Origin: an uncultured Veillonellaceae bacterium | GTDB taxonomy: Bacteria > Bacillota > Negativicutes > JARBTT01 | Direction of reading: 5' to 3' | Assembly (NCBI GenBank): GCA_963805085.1 | Contig: CAWDTA010000003.1 | Coordinates: 192,001-256,000, forward strand | DNA: 64,000 nt | Shown: piece by piece, positions 58,801-64,000 of the stretch | Position numbering within the stretch: position 1 is the stretch's first letter | Layout: every line of letters begins with the position of its first letter | Position numbers and translations under genes: made by a program | Notes under the pieces: generated by a model | Databases searched by the model: none | Told to the model about the DNA's origin: nothing | Seen by the model: the letters and a program-made list of their open reading frames with translations, nothing else

Positions 58801-61416
58801 GAAGGTAAGGAAGTGATCAATAATTGTTGGTGGGGAGATGGCAAGCACAGCAAAGAAACAATAGATCTCTTAAATGATCAAGAATCTCTGGATTTGATTA
58901 ATAAATGGATGATAAACGGCAAGACCCAAAAAATTGCGGAATTGTGGGTAAAAGGTTTTGCGATAGATTGGAATCTGTTTTATAGAGACACTAAGCCTTG
59001 CCGCATTAGTCTGCCTACTTATCCATTTGCTAGGGAGCGCTATTGGGTGACCGAGAACAGGAGTGGGTCTGACGGCAGCAACATAACTAGACTCAAGCAA
59101 CAGAACGGAACAGAAGCCCTAAAAACACTTGATACTCAAGAAGAAATCAAAGCAGTACCGGCTATTGAACAAGATGGGGTTCAGGAAAAAGCCGCCAATT
59201 ACTTCAAAAAGCTGCTGGCTCCCGTTTGCAAGCTGCCGATATACCGCATTGAAGCGGATGTGCAATTGGAACAATACGGGGTCGATTCTATCATGGGCAT
59301 GCAAATGATCAAGAAATTAGAAAAACTATTTGGATCATTACCTAAAACTTTAATATTTGAATACAAAACCATTAAAGATTTAACCGGATATTTTTTGGAG
59401 AACTATCGTGACCGATTGACAGAACTGTGGGGAATTGAGGATAAAGCAGCAGTCGCCGCCGAAGATTCTCAGGATTCAAAAAATTGGACAGAACCGGAAA
59501 AACTAGCCTTTGGCACTCGCCGACGTCCACTACGTTTTGCATCACTTCGTATGAAACCTCAGGATAAAAAAGCGTCCATGGATATTGCCATTATTGGTGT
59601 GTCCGGACGCTATCCCCAAGCGGGTAATATTCAGGAATTTTGGAACAACTTGCAAGGCGGTACTGATTGTATTACCGAAATCCCTAAAGACCGCTGGAAT
59701 CATAGCTTGTACTTCGATGAAGATAAGAACAAGCCAGGAAAAACTTCTTGTAAGTGGGGAGGCTTTATAGAAGATGTAGATCAATTTGATCCGCTTTTTT
59801 TCAATATCGCATTGCAGGAGGCAGAGATTATGGATCCTATGACTCGTCTTTTTTTGGAGACCGTTTGGAATTTATTTGAAGATTCAGGATATACGCGAGA
59901 GACTCTAGAGCGTGAATATCAATCCAGGGTTGGAGTTTATGTTGGTGCAATGTATCAGCAATATCATTGGTTTCATTCAGATATTATTAGAGAATCGGCA
60001 ATCTCTTTATCTTCTTATAGCTATCTTGCAAATAAAATTTCTCATTATTTTAATCTCCAAGGCCCTAGCATAGCTATTGATACCATGTGTTCATCTTCTG
60101 CCATTGCGATTCATATGGCTTGTGAGAGTTTGATAAAGGGAGATTGTCAGATGGCCATTGCCGGAGGCGTAAATCTTTCGATTCATCCGAAGAAATACTT
60201 GGCATTAAGCCCTACGCATCTACTTGCCAGCCAGATTAACAGCAGAAGTTTTGGAGATGGAGACGGGTATCTTCCTGCAGAAGGTGTTGGCGCCGTATTA
60301 TTAAAACCGCTTACGAATGCCATTCGAGATCGGGATTTAGTCCTGGCTGTAATAAAATCGACAGCAACTAATCATGGTGGGGCTAGCGCATATGGTGTCC
60401 CCAACCCGGATATACAAGCACGATTGATTGAGGAGAATTTTATAAAAGCGGAGATCAACCCTCGAACGATCAGTTATGTTGAAGCTTTTGCTGTTGGATC
60501 GCCATTAGGGGATCCGATTGAGGTCACCGCTTTAAATAAAGCCTTTCAGAAATTCACGACTGACCAGCAATTTTGTGCGATTGGCTCGGTAAAATCCAAT
60601 ATTGGTCACGCCGAAGCGGCTTCAGGGATTTCTCAATTGACTAAAGTGGTATTACAATTACAGAATAAAAAGTTAGTTCCTTCCATTAAAGCAGATCCTC
60701 TGAATCCCAATATAAATTTCGAGAATACTCCATTTTACCTACAGCGAGAACTCCAAGAATGGAAACGGCCTGTGGTAAAGATCGATGGCGAAGAACGTGA
60801 GTATCCTAGGCGGGCAACGGTGAGCTCCTTTGGGGGGGGCGGATCAAATGTGCATTTGATTGTCGAAGAATATATTTCAGGGCAAGAAAAAACAGTTCAT
60901 ACCAGCGCGGCAACCTCGCCTCAGATTGTGGTCTTTTCAGCAAAGAAACGTGATCAATTGCAGGTTGTTGTCGAGCAAATGCTTGAATTTATTAAACTGC
61001 AAAAGGAGCTTATTTTGCCTGATTTTGCTTATACCCTCCAAGTAGGGCGCGAAGCAATGGAATATCGGTTAGCAATGGTAGTGAATAACCGGGAAGAGCT
61101 AATTCAGGGGCTGAAGGAGTCTTTAGAATCATTTGAGGAAGGCAAGGAAACAGAAAAATTTATACCCAGTTTTACAGGAAATCTGGAAGTAGATCTTTTG
61201 AATATTAAGAGGCTGTTTTCCGGAAATTTAGGGGAGACCATGGTTAAAATGTTGGTGGAAGAAAAGAACCTTGAGAAAATCGCACTCTATTGGGCTCAAG
61301 GAGGTAAAATTCCATGGAAATCACTCCATGAAGGCCAGGAAGTCCGTAAGATATCCTTGCCAACCTATCCTTTTAAGAAACAACGCTGTTGGATCGAATC
61401 TCAGCCCGAGTTATAA
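55861..61416 (+). CDS. trans-AT PKS: DH-ACP-KS0(H>Q)-ACP-KS0
   Basis: AGGAGG RBS overlaps the upstream stop. PksL-type N-terminal DH HSAYGQELLPG...HPALIDGS. ACP GLNSPG. KS TVCSSS but EAQGTGT (CAG at 58129). ACP GVDSIM. KS TMCSSS but EAFAVGS (~60481). The protein ends LPTYPFKKQRCWIESQPEL. Confidence 0.93.
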   Translation: MIYETFNLSTKNPIISNHSAYGQELLPGLAYIDLIFQFFKKHYYSYNEFELRNLSIYNPLIVGKNYDVLLTLQCSEIREGQWHIVVEGQERRNDGTVVLNKKRYVTAEMHKIGSVIFGETLDLNQIEHLAKSVGSLDEVYEQCQLQDLVHTGLMKAEGKIYEGETASFIDISLGQEAQPGAESFLFHPALIDGSAIGSRTLLSALVKGEERLFLPLFYESFRASELIQQRCLTRIQTSALVRKKELLYMTMEFFNESGKKVAELRNFISKLVRGAELINPNLKNTFQMEAANFSRSLLTSFQEPSNVENDLNLVTTAETEFFLQQLMADRLKKPIEQIETQVGYYEMGLNSPGLLEIVQEIETKIGVALSPTLLFEYTTIAELSAYLTENYPSKFRQYSAVTREVEQEMLGNATAQAPSTDSEVGNGVLSNDNTEEGRAAAMPAIEQDIAIIGMAGRYPKAINLQEFWTNLKTGKDCISEIPKSRWDWKLYEGVKSPSGKNISKWGGFIDDPDCFDPQFFRVTPREAELMDPQERLFLENCWEAIEDAGYTPKTLVMPQGPNKRHHVGVFVGVMHKDYTQIGAEAALHGQVVPLSLNYASIANRVSYFCNFHGPSMAVDTVCSSSLTAVHLALESIRHGECEVALAGGVNLSLHPNKYLTYGLMDMHSSDGYCHTFGKEGDGFVSGEGVGTVLLKPLHKAVQDGDHIYSVIKGSTINHGGTVSGMTVPSPIAQADMITACIKKAKVHPRTISYVEAQGTGTSLGDPIEIEGLAKAFRLYTQDLQYCSIGSVKSNIGHAESAGGIGALTKVALQLYYKTLVPSLHSEKLNPHIDFKQSPFFVQQETEEWKKPVLVEDGRQVIYPRRAGLNSYGATGSNAHVILEEYIPKQTRQQNLAVLSKNDSLTIIPLSAKDKERLHAYVKKLLEYLKEFPSDKNLYHGEINISELAYTLQVGRESMEDRVVFLVKDIPQLIEKLEAYGEGKEVINNCWWGDGKHSKETIDLLNDQESLDLINKWMINGKTQKIAELWVKGFAIDWNLFYRDTKPCRISLPTYPFARERYWVTENRSGSDGSNITRLKQQNGTEALKTLDTQEEIKAVPAIEQDGVQEKAANYFKKLLAPVCKLPIYRIEADVQLEQYGVDSIMGMQMIKKLEKLFGSLPKTLIFEYKTIKDLTGYFLENYRDRLTELWGIEDKAAVAAEDSQDSKNWTEPEKLAFGTRRRPLRFASLRMKPQDKKASMDIAIIGVSGRYPQAGNIQEFWNNLQGGTDCITEIPKDRWNHSLYFDEDKNKPGKTSCKWGGFIEDVDQFDPLFFNIALQEAEIMDPMTRLFLETVWNLFEDSGYTRETLEREYQSRVGVYVGAMYQQYHWFHSDIIRESAISLSSYSYLANKISHYFNLQGPSIAIDTMCSSSAIAIHMACESLIKGDCQMAIAGGVNLSIHPKKYLALSPTHLLASQINSRSFGDGDGYLPAEGVGAVLLKPLTNAIRDRDLVLAVIKSTATNHGGASAYGVPNPDIQARLIEENFIKAEINPRTISYVEAFAVGSPLGDPIEVTALNKAFQKFTTDQQFCAIGSVKSNIGHAEAASGISQLTKVVLQLQNKKLVPSIKADPLNPNINFENTPFYLQRELQEWKRPVVKIDGEEREYPRRATVSSFGGGGSNVHLIVEEYISGQEKTVHTSAATSPQIVVFSAKKRDQLQVVVEQMLEFIKLQKELILPDFAYTLQVGREAMEYRLAMVVNNREELIQGLKESLESFEEGKETEKFIPSFTGNLEVDLLNIKRLFSGNLGETMVKMLVEEKNLEKIALYWAQGGKIPWKSLHEGQEVRKISLPTYPFKKQRCWIESQPEL

Positions 61417-61549
61417 AAAATATATATTCCTAAAACCTATCCTTCAAAAATGATCCAACCCTAAAGAGAGAGGAGGTGAGGTTTTTTTATGGCCTCGTAA
61501 TCTTTCAAAACAAGTATTGTCTTTAAAACATTAGGAAGGGAGAGAAGCA

Positions 61550-62299
61550 ATGATGAAATCTGCAGTTGATTTACGTGAGGTCGAACCGGGCATTGTTCAA
61601 ATGACAATGCAAGACCGAGTTAATAAAAATACGTTGTCCTATGAATTGTCCATGGGCCTGATTGAAGCATTTAAATCTATTCAAGATAATTCAAGTTATA
61701 AGGTGGTGATCTTAACCGGATACGACAGCTACTTTTGTACCGGCGGAACTCAAGAAGGTTTATTATCCATATTTGAAAATAAAACAAGTTTTACCGATGT
61801 TAATCTCTATAGTCTTGCATTGGAGTGTAAAATACCTGTAATTGCTGCGATGCAAGGGCATGGAATTGGTGGTGGATTTGCTCTAGGCTTATATGCTGAT
61901 TTTGTGGTTTTGAGCAGGGAAAGTGTTTATAGCACTAATTTTATGAAATATGGCTTTACGCCAGGAATGGGGGCAACTTACATTGTGACTAAGAAACTAG
62001 GATTTAGTTTGGGAGAGGAAATGTTATTAAATGCTGGTACTTTCCGCGGAGCGGAACTTGAAAAACGGGGAATTTCATTTCCTGTATTACCACGGGAAAA
62101 AGTTATGGCTTATGCGCTTGAGTTGGCGCAACAGCTAGCTGAAAAACCAAGATTTTCATTAATCACATTAAAGGATCATCTGGTAGCTCCCCTTCGAAAA
62201 GAATTACCTGAAATTATTGAAAAAGAGATCATAATGCATGATAAGACGTTTCATCAGCCAGAGGTTAAAGATCGAATTAACACATTATTTGGAAAGTAG
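61550..62299 (+). CDS. pksI: Free-standing enoyl-CoA hydratase ECH2 (methylglutaconyl-ACP decarboxylase, PksI family)
   Basis: MQDRVNKNT, GYDSYFCTGGTQEGL, MQGHGIGGG, NFMKYGFTPGMGAT, MHDKTFHQPEV. Confidence 0.93.
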   Translation: MMKSAVDLREVEPGIVQMTMQDRVNKNTLSYELSMGLIEAFKSIQDNSSYKVVILTGYDSYFCTGGTQEGLLSIFENKTSFTDVNLYSLALECKIPVIAAMQGHGIGGGFALGLYADFVVLSRESVYSTNFMKYGFTPGMGATYIVTKKLGFSLGEEMLLNAGTFRGAELEKRGISFPVLPREKVMAYALELAQQLAEKPRFSLITLKDHLVAPLRKELPEIIEKEIIMHDKTFHQPEVKDRINTLFGK

Positions 62300-62357
62300 T
62301 GGTGCGAATGAGAGATTTACAGTAAACTTCAATTTATTGAGGAAGGAGATTATACGT

Positions 62358-63212
62358 GTGCTTAATCTAAAAGCAAAAAATCAACCTGTCAAAGCGGCTC
62401 CTAAAAAGTATGCGCGTAGCATATGGTTAATTACATGTCTTTTTGGAGTAATCATGTTAGGGGCAGGTTGTGCTTCACGCGATGGCAAGGAGTACCAGAA
62501 AACCTTTTCTATAGAACCAGGAACTGTTCTGCAGATTTACAACAAAAATGGAGATATTGATGTAAGCAGTTGGGATCATGATTATGTTGAAGTAGCTCTC
62601 AAGCCCAACGATTGGTTTACTAGTTTCCTGAAGGGGTTCTTGAAAGAGCCAAGTATTGATGTTACAGAAGGTAATGAATTTGTTATCCGGACTCTTTATA
62701 ATACGGGATTATCCAAGATTATTCCCGTACGGTATCGGATCTCAGTGCCCAAAAAAATGTTGGTTACACATGTGGAAACCTCCATCGGGAAAATCAATGT
62801 AGAAAATGTGTCGGGGGATGTCGACGCCAAAACATCCATAGGTGAAATTCAAATCCATAAAGTGAGCGGTTTCGTTAAGGCCGTAACCAGTAATGGTAAC
62901 ATTGATATTACTGAGGTAGGCGGATTATACGAAGCATGTAATGATATAGGGGGGATTTCAGTAGAGGTTCCGGCTATTCGAGAAAACATGGAGATAAGAT
63001 CCCAAGTCGGCAGCGTTACAGTTTCCCTTTCTTCGGATATTGTTGCACAACTGGAGGCAAGTACCTCCATCGGAAGTATTGCTTATACCGATTTGCCGTT
63101 AAGTGTAAGCGAATCAGCTAAAACAAGGCTGACCGGGAGCCTTGGAGAAGGCAGTAATAGAATAAAAATTGAAAATTCTGTGGGCTCTATAACCTTGAAG
63201 AAGCTGTTATGA
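62358..63212 (+). CDS. Putative lipoprotein, DUF4097/adhesin-like beta-strand repeat family
   Basis: GTG start after GAGGAAGGAG. Lys-rich N-region, hydrophobic stretch and lipobox-like LGAG-C. Repeated (T/N)S(I/N/V)G.I.(V/I) units. Family call is by motif recognition only. Confidence 0.7.
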   Translation: MLNLKAKNQPVKAAPKKYARSIWLITCLFGVIMLGAGCASRDGKEYQKTFSIEPGTVLQIYNKNGDIDVSSWDHDYVEVALKPNDWFTSFLKGFLKEPSIDVTEGNEFVIRTLYNTGLSKIIPVRYRISVPKKMLVTHVETSIGKINVENVSGDVDAKTSIGEIQIHKVSGFVKAVTSNGNIDITEVGGLYEACNDIGGISVEVPAIRENMEIRSQVGSVTVSLSSDIVAQLEASTSIGSIAYTDLPLSVSESAKTRLTGSLGEGSNRIKIENSVGSITLKKLL

Positions 63213-63296
63213 TATGCAATTTTAGTAATTGGCTTGATGATCAAGGGGGATAATTCAGAAACAACAAGTCACTTGTACTTGGAAAAATTCCCAAAG

Positions 63297-63305
63297 TGCT
63301 ATGAT
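63297..63305 (+). promoter_or_regulatory. Possible extended -10 promoter (TGcTATGAT) upstream of the KS-decarboxylase gene
   Basis: TG-n-TATGAT about 30 nt upstream of ATG 63334. No -35 box at 17-nt spacing. Confidence 0.3.
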
Positions 63306-63333
63306 TTGGATAGAACTAAAGGAGGATTAACCA

Positions 63334-64000
63334 ATGTGTAATATGAAAAATCAAGATCAGTCTGAGCTAGTTATTACTGGTATTGGGATTACTTCAGCTA
63401 TTGGTCAAGGAAAAAAAGCTTTTACCTCTGCTTTGATGCAAGGGCAGCACGCTTTTGGAGTAATGCAACGGCCCTATCGACAAAATGGAACAGCTTTTAT
63501 TGGTGCTGAGATACCTGATTTATCCTATCCGGAGAGTATTTCTAAAAAGGTACTGCGAACAGCATCATTTTCGAGTCAAGTGGCTTTGGCCACTATTCAT
63601 GAAGCTTGGGAAGAAGCAAATTTGGATGCAGTGGATCCAAAGCGTATTGGATTAATAGTTGGAGGATCCAACATACAGCAACGAGAGTTGATAAAAACCT
63701 ATGAAAGCTATAAAGATCGTCCTCACGTTATACGGCCAACTTATGGAATGACTTTTATGGACAGTGATTTATGTGGGCTTTGTACAGAACATTTTGGAAT
63801 TCGAGGTTGTGCATATACGTTGGGCGGCGCTTCGGCTAGTGGACAGCTGGCGATTCTACAAGCAGCACAAACCATTGAAACAGGTCAAGTGGATGTATGC
63901 ATTGCTGTGGGAGCCTTGATGGATATTTCTTACTTGGAATGCCAGGCATTAAGGTCTTTAGGTGCTATGGGGACAGATCAATATGCCAATGAGCCAGCGC
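63334..64000 (+). CDS. pksF: Free-standing KS-type malonyl-ACP decarboxylase of the beta-branching cassette (PksF family), 3'-partial
   Basis: Absent from the ORF track because it has no stop in the window. AGGAGG RBS, then MCNMKNQDQSELVITGIGITSAIGQG...RIGLIVGGSN...FMDSDLCG...TLGGASASGQLA. The active-site Cys is replaced by Ser (TCG at 63832). Confidence 0.92.
   Translation, partial: MCNMKNQDQSELVITGIGITSAIGQGKKAFTSALMQGQHAFGVMQRPYRQNGTAFIGAEIPDLSYPESISKKVLRTASFSSQVALATIHEAWEEANLDAVDPKRIGLIVGGSNIQQRELIKTYESYKDRPHVIRPTYGMTFMDSDLCGLCTEHFGIRGCAYTLGGASASGQLAILQAAQTIETGQVDVCIAVGALMDISYLECQALRSLGAMGTDQYANEPA

Noticed and set aside
101-62357. ORF-track starts at 101, 14576, 15309, 24374, 36658 and 62238
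   Set aside because: The frame is open upstream of 101. For the others, RBS placement or stop/start coupling favours 14585, 15366, 24431, 36682 and 62358.
411-63070. The many 60-170 aa ORFs on the minus strand and in alternate plus frames
   Set aside because: Apart from the frameshifted KS pieces noted below, they lie within long PKS or cassette genes and show no recognisable motifs. Several recur only because the underlying domains are duplicated. They are shadow ORFs.
1-64000. Identification as bacillaene, difficidin, macrolactin or kalimantacin
   Set aside because: Individual parts resemble PksJ, PksL and PksF-I. However, the FAAL loading, absence of cMT, branching directly after Gly, early EI module and triple KS0 do not fit those module orders as I know them.

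Overview
The whole window is part of one large trans-AT polyketide synthase/NRPS hybrid gene cluster on the + strand. The low GC content and Shine-Dalgarno style suggest a Firmicute, but the organism cannot be identified from the sequence. It holds six megasynthase genes with 15 modular KS domains, 5 of them non-elongating by motif. It also holds most of a beta-branching cassette (HMG-CoA synthase-like, ECH1, free ECH2, KS-type decarboxylase) and an interposed DUF4097-like lipoprotein. Two assembly-line segments can be read from domain content and docking helices. Segment A (1-24023) is ...C-A(Gly)-PCP-KS-ACP3 / KS-DH-KR-ACP-KS-ACP2 / ECH-KS-DH-KR-ACP-KS0-ACP-TE. It alternates beta-branching and olefin modules and ends in a TE. 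Segment B (24431-61416) is FAAL-primed and contains a split KS0//enoyl-isomerase shift module and a split dehydrating bimodule. It ends in three consecutive non-elongating KSs with no release domain. No AT, ER, methyltransferase or free donor ACP gene is visible, and the cluster runs off both ends. One KS has five clustered indels that are most likely sequencing errors. I do not recognise this architecture as a characterised pathway, but could not search databases. Domain coordinates are approximate, and resemblances to named proteins are from recall rather than alignment.
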